Source: Myxococcota bacterium (GTDB lineage: Bacteria; Myxococcota_A; UBA796; CAJQPC01). Taken from it: DNA of 64,000 nt. The position numbers and the translations under genes were made by a program. The notes under the pieces are model-generated. The model was not told the DNA's origin and ran no database searches. It saw only the letters and a program-made list of their open reading frames with translations. Position 1 is the first letter of the stretch. The number at the start of each line of letters is the position of its first letter. This document shows, one piece after another, positions 51,528 to 59,709 of the stretch. The stretch is taken from positions 608-64,607 of the forward strand of contig JAKLKE010000005.1 in assembly GCA_023150775.1 (NCBI GenBank). The letters run 5' to 3'.

Positions 51528-53741
51528 ATGCCCACCGCCGCGCCGCTGTTGATCCCTGGCCTGCTCACCGCCTTGGGCGTGGTGTTGTGGCCTTGGCTCC
51601 AGCCCAACCCGGCGCACACGCTCTTGGCCTTGGGCGCCTTGGCCTTGATCGCCCTCGCGGTCGGTGAGCGGGGCCTCGGCTGGCTCGCCACCTGGGCCGC
51701 GGCCTTGTGTCTGGGCCTCAGCGCCCCGGGCCTGCGCGCGCCGGGGCCGCTCCTCGACGGGCCGGTGCAGCTTCGGGGCGAGGTGGTGGAGCTGCGCGGC
51801 AGCCGGGCCATCCTTGAGGTGAGCCAGCTCGGCGCGTCCCCGCTCACCGGGCCCGTGGAGCTGAGCGGCGGGGGAGATCTCCGCGTCGGCGACCGCGTCT
51901 CCGTTCGGGGAGAGGCCCGGCCCCTGCGCCGTGAGGCTCTGCCCGGCGAGCCCGACCCGGTGAGGGACGACCTCCTGCGTGGCCTCCGAAGCGGCGTGCG
52001 CGCCCAGTCCACCCTCACCTTGGGCCCTCACCCCGGCCCGGCGCCGCCAGACCCCTTCGAGCACGCCACCCACCGGGGCCTGCTCCGCGCCTTGGCTTTG
52101 GGGGATCGCGCCGGCCTCGACGACGACACCAAGGCGCTCCTGCGGCGCACGGGCACCACCCACCTCGTCTCGGTCTCGGGCCTACACTTCGTGATGATCG
52201 CGGCGATGGCCTCGGGGATCGTCACGGCCCTGATCCGCCCGCTGAGCCTCCTGCGCCCACAAGGAGGGCTCAACCGCCTCGCGCCTCTGGCCGGGCTCGC
52301 CGCGCTCTTGGCCTTCGGGGGCCTCGTGGGCTGGCCGATCCCGGCGGTGCGCGCGGGCTGGATGACCGCCGGGGTGGTCGCCGGTCAGGCCACAGCCCGA
52401 GGGGCGAACCCCTGGAACCTCCTGGGCCTCGCCGCCGGGGTGATGGTGCTCTGTGAGCCCAGCGCCGCCCGCAGCGTCTCGGCCTGGCTCTCTTTTGGCG
52501 CCGTCATCGGCATGTTGACCGTGGGCGCCAAGCTGGGGCGGATGATCCCGCCCGACCTGCCCTGGCTGGTGAAGGGCCTCGCCGGGGCGGTCACCACCAC
52601 CTTAGGGGCCACGGCGGGCACCTTGCCGGTCTCGGTGTGGATCTTCCAAGAGCTCTCCCTCACCGCGCCCCTCGCCAACCTCGTCGCCATCCCCCTCACC
52701 TCGATCTTCGCCACCCCCGGCGCGCTCTTGGCCCTGGGCGGAGGTGGGATTGTGCCCTTGGCCATCGCCGATGGCGCCTGTGAGGCGACGATCCTCTGGT
52801 TGGGCCTCATCGACGCCCCGGTCGCCCACCCCGCCGCGGGCCCCCTCGGCGCGGCGCTGCTCGTCCTCGCCTGCCTCTCGGCCCGCCACCACGGCCTCGC
52901 CGGGGTCTTCGCGCTCCTCTCGCTCCTGCGAATCCTCCCCGCCGAGGGCCTACACGTCACCTTCTACGCCATCGGCCAAGGTGACGCCGCGCTCATCCAG
53001 CTCCCCGGCTACACCGCCCTGATCGACGCCGGGCCCCCCGGAGACGAGGTGCTCCGGGCCCTACGCCGCGCCGGGATTCGCGAGGTGGATGAGCTGTGGG
53101 TGAGCCACCCGCACCCCGACCACATGGGCGGCGCCAAAGACGTGGTCGAGGGCCTCAAGGTGGGCGCCTTACGCATCACCCGTCCCCCCTTGGCCGATGA
53201 GGCCGCCTACCAAGACCTCTGGCGCGCGGCGGCCTTCGCCGGAACCCCCGCCCGAGCGCTCGATGTGCCCCCCGGTCACCCCGCGCTCACGATCCTCCAT
53301 CCCAAGCCTGGAGAACACTACAAGGAGGTCAACGACCAGTCGATCACCCTGCTCCTCCGCCACGGCGATCACAGCCTGCTCTTCCCCGGGGACGTCGAGG
53401 CCGAGGCCGAGGCCGCGCTCATCACCACCTGGGACAAGCTCGGTTTGGGCCCGATCACCGCCCTCAAGGTGGCCCACCACGGCAGCCGCACCAGCTCCGA
53501 TCCGGCGTTGTTGGCCCGGCTTCGGCCCCTGCTGGCGATCTTCTCCTGCGGGGTGGACAACCGCTTCGGCCACCCCCACCCCGACGTGCTGCGCCGCTAC
53601 GCCGCCTCCATCCAGCACCGCACCGACCGCCAGGGCACGCTGCAGCTCCGCTCCAACGGCCAGACGATGTGGCGCCGAAGCCACCTCCCAGGCCGAGGCT
53701 TCAGCGTTTGGTCTGCCCTGCCGCCTTCCACTTCGAGATGA
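51528..53741 (+). CDS. comEC: DNA internalization-related competence protein ComEC/Rec2 (with metallo-beta-lactamase domain)
   Basis: LLRRTGTTHLVSVSGLHFVMIA (ComEC core motif) and multiple TM segments. C-terminal MBL domain (FYAIGQGDAALIQLPGYTALIDAGP, VSHPHPDHMGG, LKVAHHGS). Confidence 0.9.
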   Translation: MPTAAPLLIPGLLTALGVVLWPWLQPNPAHTLLALGALALIALAVGERGLGWLATWAAALCLGLSAPGLRAPGPLLDGPVQLRGEVVELRGSRAILEVSQLGASPLTGPVELSGGGDLRVGDRVSVRGEARPLRREALPGEPDPVRDDLLRGLRSGVRAQSTLTLGPHPGPAPPDPFEHATHRGLLRALALGDRAGLDDDTKALLRRTGTTHLVSVSGLHFVMIAAMASGIVTALIRPLSLLRPQGGLNRLAPLAGLAALLAFGGLVGWPIPAVRAGWMTAGVVAGQATARGANPWNLLGLAAGVMVLCEPSAARSVSAWLSFGAVIGMLTVGAKLGRMIPPDLPWLVKGLAGAVTTTLGATAGTLPVSVWIFQELSLTAPLANLVAIPLTSIFATPGALLALGGGGIVPLAIADGACEATILWLGLIDAPVAHPAAGPLGAALLVLACLSARHHGLAGVFALLSLLRILPAEGLHVTFYAIGQGDAALIQLPGYTALIDAGPPGDEVLRALRRAGIREVDELWVSHPHPDHMGGAKDVVEGLKVGALRITRPPLADEAAYQDLWRAAAFAGTPARALDVPPGHPALTILHPKPGEHYKEVNDQSITLLLRHGDHSLLFPGDVEAEAEAALITTWDKLGLGPITALKVAHHGSRTSSDPALLARLRPLLAIFSCGVDNRFGHPHPDVLRRYAASIQHRTDRQGTLQLRSNGQTMWRRSHLPGRGFSVWSALPPSTSR

Positions 53742-54495
53742 ACACCAAGCTGGCGATGGTGGCGATGATGAGCGAGATCGCCTGGGCGTTGGAGATCGTC
53801 GGGCCCAGGGTGTCCTCCAAGAAGAAGCCCCGCTCGGCGTCGTTGCGCAAGATCTCATTGAGCGAGCGCAGCACCGGGTAGATCATCAGGTAGAGCAGGA
53901 TGAGCTGGCCATCAAACCGTTTGCGGCTGCGAAGGGCGTAGAGCGTGGCGAACAACATCGCCGAGTACGCCACCTCATAGAGCTGGGTGGGGTGCAGCGG
54001 CACCCCCTTGGGCGCGATGCTCAGCGGGTCGGTGAAGGTGACGGCCCAAGGCAGGTCCGTCTCGTGGCCGTAGCAGCAGCCCGCGCCGAAACAGCCGATT
54101 CGACCAAACATCTGACCGAATGGAATCAAGGGCGCGAGGATGTCCAAGACCTTGCCCGCGGGCAGGCGGCGCACCTGCACGATCACCAAGAACGCCACGA
54201 GCACGCCGATGAGCCCGCCGTAGTAGACGAGGCCGCCGTCGCGCACGTTGAGCATGTCGGTGAACGAGCGGTTGGCGAAGAGGTGCCAGTTCACCCGCAG
54301 GTACTCCAGCCGCGCGCCCACCACGCCGCCGACGATGGCCCAGAAGCCCAGATCGGGGAAAACATCCTTGTGGATGCCCTCCTTCGCGCCCCAGCGCGTC
54401 GCGATGAACACCGCGCAGAGGGTGCCGACGGCGATGGCGACCCCGTAGGTGTGAACCGAGAAGCCGTTGGGCAGGGTGAACAGGACGGGGTGCAT
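53701..54495 (-). CDS. lgt: Prolipoprotein diacylglyceryl transferase
   Basis: MHPVLFTLPNGFSVHTYGVAIAVG..., GGVVGARLEY, GGLVYYGGLIG, GRIGCFGAGCCYG and PLHPTQLYE are canonical Lgt motifs. 264 aa. Confidence 0.95.
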   Translation of the reverse strand: MHPVLFTLPNGFSVHTYGVAIAVGTLCAVFIATRWGAKEGIHKDVFPDLGFWAIVGGVVGARLEYLRVNWHLFANRSFTDMLNVRDGGLVYYGGLIGVLVAFLVIVQVRRLPAGKVLDILAPLIPFGQMFGRIGCFGAGCCYGHETDLPWAVTFTDPLSIAPKGVPLHPTQLYEVAYSAMLFATLYALRSRKRFDGQLILLYLMIYPVLRSLNEILRNDAERGFFLEDTLGPTISNAQAISLIIATIASLVFISKWKAAGQTKR

Positions 54496-54507
54496 GGTCG
54501 CCTGGGG

Positions 54508-55062
54508 TCAGGAGGGAGAGGGCGCGGCGGGCTCAGCCGCAGGGGAGGGCTCTTCAGCGAGCACGACCTGGTGGAACAACCACACCGAGAGCCCGAAGAG
54601 GATGCAGACATCCGCGAGGTTAAACGCCGGGAGCTCCGCGAAGCCCAGCGCCCGACGCAAGAGCGGCGCGAGGCGCGGGTGCTCGGTGTACACACGCACA
54701 AAGTCGAAGACTACCCCGTCGTGCAAACGATCCAGGGCGTTGCCCAAGGCGCCTCCGGCCGCGCCGCCCAAGGCCAGCAGCACGGGCCAGGCGCGGGTGG
54801 GGAGCTGCCGGGCGCTCAGGGCCATGAGCCCGACGGCGAACACGGCGAAGGCCGCGAGGATCGGCCCTCGGCCGGGGAGCTCGGCGAAGAGGCCCACCAT
54901 CGCCCCGGGGTTCAGGGCGTGAACAAGCTGCACAAGGCCCGGGACGAGCGCCTCGGCGTCGTAGAGCTCGGGCACGCGGCGAAGCGCCCAGGCCTTCGTG
55001 AGCCAATCACCGCCCAGGGCGAGGGCCGCGGCGACGCAGAAGATCGGGAGGTTGACCTGCAC
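54508..55062 (-). CDS. lspA: Lipoprotein signal peptidase (signal peptidase II)
   Basis: GDWLTKAWA, LVHALNPGAMVGLF, GNALDRL..GVVFDFV and PAFNLADVCILFG are LspA motifs, including the catalytic Asp contexts. GTG start. Lies 12 nt upstream of lgt. Confidence 0.9.
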   Translation of the reverse strand: MQVNLPIFCVAAALALGGDWLTKAWALRRVPELYDAEALVPGLVQLVHALNPGAMVGLFAELPGRGPILAAFAVFAVGLMALSARQLPTRAWPVLLALGGAAGGALGNALDRLHDGVVFDFVRVYTEHPRLAPLLRRALGFAELPAFNLADVCILFGLSVWLFHQVVLAEEPSPAAEPAAPSPS

Positions 55063-55142
55063 GTTCGCCCGGGGTCCTGTCTAGAAAAGGGGGCTCGCGG
55101 CCACGCCGCGCCGACGCCTCTAACGCGCCGTCGCCCCAACCG

Positions 55143-55162
55143 CTGAATGAGGAGTCATTCAG
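55143..55162. promoter_or_regulatory. Perfect 8+4+8 palindrome upstream of the ETF-QO gene (candidate operator)
   Basis: CTGAATGA GGAG TCATTCAG at 55143-55162, about 75 nt upstream of the ATG at 55236. It lies in a 173-nt intergenic region. Confidence 0.4.
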
Positions 55163-55235
55163 TCAACCCTGCGCCGCGGCTGCGGTTCGTGTTAAGCCTG
55201 TTCTTCCAGAAGACCTCTGCCCCCAGGGAGCCGCC

Positions 55236-56936
55236 ATGTCAGAGATCGAGCGCGAGAGTATGCCCGTAGACGTCCTCTTCGTGGGCGGCGGCCCTGCCTG
55301 TCTGGCGGGCGCCATTCACCTGATGGACCTGATCGCCAAACACAACGAAGGGGTCGCCAGCGGGGCCATCCAAGGGGCGACGATCAACGAGCCCACGATC
55401 GCGCTCATCGAGAAAGGCAGCGAGATCGGCTCCCACGCCGTCTCCGGCGCCGTGCTCGACCCCCGCGCCCTCGCCGAGATCATCCCCGACTGGGCCGCTC
55501 GCGAAGACTTCCCCCTGGAGCGCACCGTCGAGCGGGAGTCGATGCTCCTGCTCACCGAGACGAAAGGTTTCCCCGCCCCGCTCATGCCGCCCGAGTTTAA
55601 GGATCACGGCAAGCCCATCATCTCCATCGCCAAGTTCCAGAAGTGGATGGCGGGCATCGCTGAAGAGAAGGGCGTGATGATCTTCCCGGGCTTCGCCGGG
55701 GTTGAGCTCCTGTACGACGCCGACGGCAAGGTCAGCGGCGTGCGCACCGGCGACAAAGGCATCGACGCGCATGGCGAGCCCAAGGACAACTTCGAGCCCG
55801 GGATGCTCCTGGAGTCCAAGGTCACCATCATCGGCGAGGGCCCCCGCGGCCACCTCGCCCGCCAGCTCATGAAGAAGTACGGCCTACAAGAGGGCCGCAA
55901 CGAGATGGCGTATGAGATGGGCTGCAAGGAGGTGCTGGAGTTCCCCCCCGGCACCATCAAGGACGGCTTCGTAACCCTCACCGCCGGTTACCCGCTGGGC
56001 GAGACCTTCGGCGGCGCCTTCATCTACTCCATGGGCGGCGACCGCGCGTGCATCGGCCTGCTCGCCGTGCTCGACGCCAAAGACCCCGCCCAGGACGTGC
56101 ACTACCTGCTCCAGAAGCTCAAGATGCACCCCAGCATCCGGGCGATCCTGGGCAAGGGCAAGGTCATCAAGTACGGCGCCAAGGCCGTCACCGTGGGCGG
56201 CTGGGGCTGTATGCCCAAGCTCTACGCCCCGGGCGCGATGTTGGTCGGCGACACGGCCTCGTTCCTCAACGCCGCGCGCATCAAGGGCATCCACCTCGCG
56301 ATGAAGTCGGGCATGTTGGCCGCGGAGACGGCCTTTGAGTCGCTCAAGTCCGGCGACAACAGCGAGCAGGCCCTCGCGCTGTTCAAGCAGAAGGTCGACG
56401 CCTCCTGGATCCGCGAAGAGATGGAGACCTCCCAGAACTTCCACGCGTTTATGTCGAAGTACGGCCTCGTCGGCGGCGCGGTGAAGTACGGCATGGCCAA
56501 GGTCTTCGGCCCGGGCAAGATCGAGCCCACCCACCCCGACCACAAGGGCATGGAGCGCCTCTCGTTGGTGCACGCCAGCAATGAGATGCCCGCCCGGGAC
56601 GACGTGCCCTTCGACGGCAGCTACCTCGTCGATAAGCTCACCGACGTCTACCTCTCGGGCACCAAACACGACGAGCACCAGCCCTGCCACCTCCAGGTCT
56701 CCGACACCGAGATCTGCGCCACGAAGTGCGCCACGGAGTACGGCAACCCCTGCGAGCGCTTCTGCCCGGCCCAGGTCTACAACATGGTGTTCAACGAGGA
56801 GCGCAAACGGAAAGAGCTGCGGGTGGACTTCTCAAACTGCGTGCACTGCAAGACCTGCGACATCCGCGATCCTTACCAGATCATCAAGTGGGTGCCCCCG
56901 AACGGCGGCGACGGCCCCGAGTACGGCATCCTCTGA
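55236..56936 (+). CDS. Electron-transfer flavoprotein:ubiquinone oxidoreductase (ETF-QO)
   Basis: N-terminal FAD motif VDVLFVGGGPACLAGA, LVGDTASFLN, and C-terminal 4Fe-4S motifs (C..FCPAQVY, CVHCKTCDIRDP). 566 aa, collinear with ETF-QO. Confidence 0.92.
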   Translation: MSEIERESMPVDVLFVGGGPACLAGAIHLMDLIAKHNEGVASGAIQGATINEPTIALIEKGSEIGSHAVSGAVLDPRALAEIIPDWAAREDFPLERTVERESMLLLTETKGFPAPLMPPEFKDHGKPIISIAKFQKWMAGIAEEKGVMIFPGFAGVELLYDADGKVSGVRTGDKGIDAHGEPKDNFEPGMLLESKVTIIGEGPRGHLARQLMKKYGLQEGRNEMAYEMGCKEVLEFPPGTIKDGFVTLTAGYPLGETFGGAFIYSMGGDRACIGLLAVLDAKDPAQDVHYLLQKLKMHPSIRAILGKGKVIKYGAKAVTVGGWGCMPKLYAPGAMLVGDTASFLNAARIKGIHLAMKSGMLAAETAFESLKSGDNSEQALALFKQKVDASWIREEMETSQNFHAFMSKYGLVGGAVKYGMAKVFGPGKIEPTHPDHKGMERLSLVHASNEMPARDDVPFDGSYLVDKLTDVYLSGTKHDEHQPCHLQVSDTEICATKCATEYGNPCERFCPAQVYNMVFNEERKRKELRVDFSNCVHCKTCDIRDPYQIIKWVPPNGGDGPEYGIL

Positions 56937-56952
56937 GCCCGAACAGGCCCCT

Positions 56953-56976
56953 CCCAGCGCGTGGTATCGTGCTGGG
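56953..56976 (+). terminator. Candidate GC-rich hairpin downstream of ETF-QO (no U tract)
   Basis: CCCAGCGCG (56953-56961), loop TGGTAT, then CGTGCTGGG (56968-56976). 9-bp stem with one G-U pair. Confidence 0.3.
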
Positions 56977-56996
56977 GTGGCCACTCGGAGTTCCCT

Positions 56997-57611
56997 ATGA
57001 AGGGCGTCTATTTGCCGCTGCTGCTCCTGGTCGCCGCCTGTGTGCGTGACGGCGACTGGCGTGACGGTGGAGACTACATCCCCGGCGGCGGCTGGCCTAC
57101 GCCTGAGGACGACACCGGCGGCGGAGACGACTCCGGCGCCGATGACAGCGGCGGCGGCGGAGACAGCGACGCGCCCTTCACCGCGGACGACTGCGGGCTG
57201 AGCGTCGGTGAGATCGCCTGCGACCTTCAGAGCGTGGACCAGCTCGGCGAAGACTTCTCGCTGTGGGCGCTCTACCCCTCGCCGACGGTGATCGTCTTCG
57301 GCGACGCTTATGACGGCTACCTCCAGAAGGCGTCCGCGTGGCTCGCGGGCCTCAGCGACGACGGCGTGGTGCCCATCGTCGTGCTCCTCGACAACCAGAA
57401 CGTCATGCCCGCCACGACCGCCGACGCCGCGGCCTGGGCGGAGACCTACGGCCTGCCCATCGTGCTCACCGACCCCACCGGGGACCTGGACGCCACCTGG
57501 GCGCCGACGACCCCCATGACCAGCCTGCTCGTCGGGCCGGACATGAGGATCGTTGCGGTCAACTACGGCTATCTCGACGAAGACCAGACCCGCGCGGCCC
57601 TGGGCCTCTGA
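56997..57611 (+). CDS. Thioredoxin-fold (TlpA/redoxin-like) lipoprotein lacking the CxxC motif
   Basis: MKGVYLPLLLLVAAC lipobox and an acidic Gly/Asp linker. PTVIVFGDAYDGYLQKA sits where the redoxin FWAxWCxxC is expected. A PIVVLLD...ETYGLPIVLTDPTGDL...SLLVGPDMRIV layout follows. Confidence 0.6.
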   Translation: MKGVYLPLLLLVAACVRDGDWRDGGDYIPGGGWPTPEDDTGGGDDSGADDSGGGGDSDAPFTADDCGLSVGEIACDLQSVDQLGEDFSLWALYPSPTVIVFGDAYDGYLQKASAWLAGLSDDGVVPIVVLLDNQNVMPATTADAAAWAETYGLPIVLTDPTGDLDATWAPTTPMTSLLVGPDMRIVAVNYGYLDEDQTRAALGL

Positions 57612-57615
57612 GCCC

Positions 57616-58671
57616 TCACTCCTCGGCGGCGGCGGCCTTCTTCTTGCCCTTCTTGTTTTTTTTGTGCTTCTTGGCCACCTTGACCTCCTCGTCGGCGGCC
57701 ACGGGCAGGCCGTCGAGGCTGTCGTCGGCGAGCACGGCGTCGATGGCGGCGAGCACGTCGGGGGTGAGCTGAGGGACCACGTCCAGGGCCAGCAGGTTGT
57801 GGATGACCTGCTCCACGCGGCTCGCCCCGGTGATGACCGTGCTCACGAAGTCGGGGCGCGCGGCCCAGGCCAGGCTGAGCTGGGCCAAGGAGCAGTCGAG
57901 CTCATCGGCCACACGCTGGAGGCGCTTCACCTGGGCGATGCGCACGGGGGTGATCACCATGTCGCGCAGCCAGTCCATGGACTCGGCGCTCAGGCGAGAG
58001 CCTTTGGGCATCCCCTCGTTGTATTTGCCGGTGAGCAGGCCCGAGGCCAGGGGGCTCCAGACGGTCGTGCCCAAGCCGCGCTCGGCGTAGAGCGGGGCCA
58101 GCTCAACCTCCACCCGCTCGCGGTGGAAGAGGTTGTACTGCGGCTGCTCACAGGTGGGGGCGATGAGGTGGTGGGCGTCGCAGATGGCGAAGGCCTCGCG
58201 GAGCTGCTCAGCGCTCCACTCCGAGGTGCCCCAGTACATCACCTTGCCTTGGCGGATGAGGTTGTCCATCGCCAGGGCCGTCTCTAAGACGGGGGTGTTG
58301 GGGTCGGGGCGGTGGCAGAGGTAGAGGTCGAGGTAGTCGAGGCGCAGGCGCTTGAGCGCGGCGTTGCAGGCCTCGACGACGTGTTTGCGGGACAGGCCGA
58401 CGTCGTTCGGGCCCTCGCCACCCCAGAACACCTTGGACGAGATGACGAGCTGCTCCCGGGGGAGGTGGCTCAGGATCTTGCCCACGACGCGCTCGGCCTC
58501 ACCTTCAGCGTAGGCCTCGGCGTTGTCGAAGAAGTTGATCCCCGCGTCAAACGCCGCGTGAATGCAGCGTTTTGCCTCTTTCTTGTCGACCTGGCCCCCG
58601 TAGGTGACCCAAGAGCCTAAAGAGAGGCGAGAGACCTTGAGGCCGGAGCGGCCGAGCTGGCTGTAGATCAT
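57616..58671 (-). CDS. Aldo/keto reductase, Kv-beta-subunit-like, with Lys-rich C-terminal tail
   Basis: Start at MIYSQLGRSGLKVSRLSLGSWVTYGGQV (CAT at 58669-58671). FFDNAEAYAEGEAE, LDYLDLYLCHRPD and YWGTSEWS are present. Tail KVAKKHKKNKKGKKKAAAAEE. The upstream part of the 554-aa track ORF is rejected. Confidence 0.9.
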   Translation of the reverse strand: MIYSQLGRSGLKVSRLSLGSWVTYGGQVDKKEAKRCIHAAFDAGINFFDNAEAYAEGEAERVVGKILSHLPREQLVISSKVFWGGEGPNDVGLSRKHVVEACNAALKRLRLDYLDLYLCHRPDPNTPVLETALAMDNLIRQGKVMYWGTSEWSAEQLREAFAICDAHHLIAPTCEQPQYNLFHRERVEVELAPLYAERGLGTTVWSPLASGLLTGKYNEGMPKGSRLSAESMDWLRDMVITPVRIAQVKRLQRVADELDCSLAQLSLAWAARPDFVSTVITGASRVEQVIHNLLALDVVPQLTPDVLAAIDAVLADDSLDGLPVAADEEVKVAKKHKKNKKGKKKAAAAEE

Positions 58672-58779
58672 GGTGTTGAACCTTGAGGATCGTGGAGGCG
58701 CGGGGCGTGTGCGCGCCTGCTCCCCTATCTCCGGGCCCACCACACGCAAGGCGGGGCGCATCAGGCTAAGAGAGGCGGC

Positions 58780-59691
58780 ATGGACGACGCGCTCACCCGC
58801 CTCACGCGGCATTTCATCGCGGGCCGCTACGCCGCCGTGCTCGACGAGGCCCGCGCCCACCCCAGCGCTGAGGCCCGCGCCTGGGCCGCCCGCGCCACCC
58901 AGCGCCTCGGCCACGCCGATGAGGCCCTGGGCATGGCCCGGGCCGCGCTCTTGGAGAAGAACACCCCGCTCTCGCGCCTGGTGCTCGCCGAGGCGCTGCT
59001 CGGCGCGGCGAAGTACAGCGAGGCCCGGGGGCTCACCCGCGGGGCGTCGGAGCACCCGGCGCGTCGGCTCTACGCCGAGCTCTGCGGCCTGCTCGGCGAG
59101 GCTGAAGAGGGCATGGTGCACGCCCGCCTGCTCCTCGACGAACAAGAGGACCCCTTCGAGCGCGCCCAGACTGAAGCCACCCTCGCCGTCTGCCTGCATC
59201 GCGCCGGGCGCTACGAAGACGCCCGCGCCCGCTGGGACGCCGCCCTGCGCGGGCACATCGCCGTCTTGGGCGAAGATCACCCCGAGGTCGCCGCGCTCTT
59301 GGACGGCCTCGGCGCCACCTTACGCCGCGTCGGCCTCGCTGAAGAGGCCTTGGACCTTCACCAGCGCGCCTTGCCGATGCACGAGCGGGCCTTCGGGGCG
59401 CTGCACCCCGCCGTCGCCGGGAACCTCCACGCCCAGGCCCAGTGCCAGCGGCGACTGGGCGACTTTGAGGGCGCGCGGCAGGCCCTCGACGACGCCTTGA
59501 TCGTCTCCACCCAGGCCCAAGGCGCGGATCACCCCGACACCCTGGTCACCGCCTTTGAGCTCGGGCGCTTGGAGGTGGACTGCGGGCTCGTCGCCGAGGG
59601 TTTTGAGCGTATGTCCCGGGCGATGAGCGCGGCCCTTGACCAGCTCGGCCCCAACCACCCCACCGCCCGGGCGATGAAGGCCTGGATGTAG
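58780..59691 (+). CDS. TPR-repeat protein (TPR_10/12-like)
   Basis: Repeats such as GEDHPEVAALLDGLGATLRRVGLAEEALDLHQRAL and GADHPDTLVTAFELGRLEV are typical of kinesin-light-chain-type TPRs. Confidence 0.75.
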   Translation: MDDALTRLTRHFIAGRYAAVLDEARAHPSAEARAWAARATQRLGHADEALGMARAALLEKNTPLSRLVLAEALLGAAKYSEARGLTRGASEHPARRLYAELCGLLGEAEEGMVHARLLLDEQEDPFERAQTEATLAVCLHRAGRYEDARARWDAALRGHIAVLGEDHPEVAALLDGLGATLRRVGLAEEALDLHQRALPMHERAFGALHPAVAGNLHAQAQCQRRLGDFEGARQALDDALIVSTQAQGADHPDTLVTAFELGRLEVDCGLVAEGFERMSRAMSAALDQLGPNHPTARAMKAWM

Positions 59692-59709
59692 CCCCATGGA
59701 CGAGCCCTC

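Noticed and set aside
53197-55146. 649-aa + strand ORF
   Set aside because: It overlaps the comEC 3' end in another frame and is antisense to the canonical lgt and lspA genes.
58672-59280. Upstream extension of the 554-aa minus ORF containing the aldo/keto reductase
   Set aside because: AKR homology starts at MIYSQLGRSG (58671). The extension is antisense to the TPR gene at 58780-59691.
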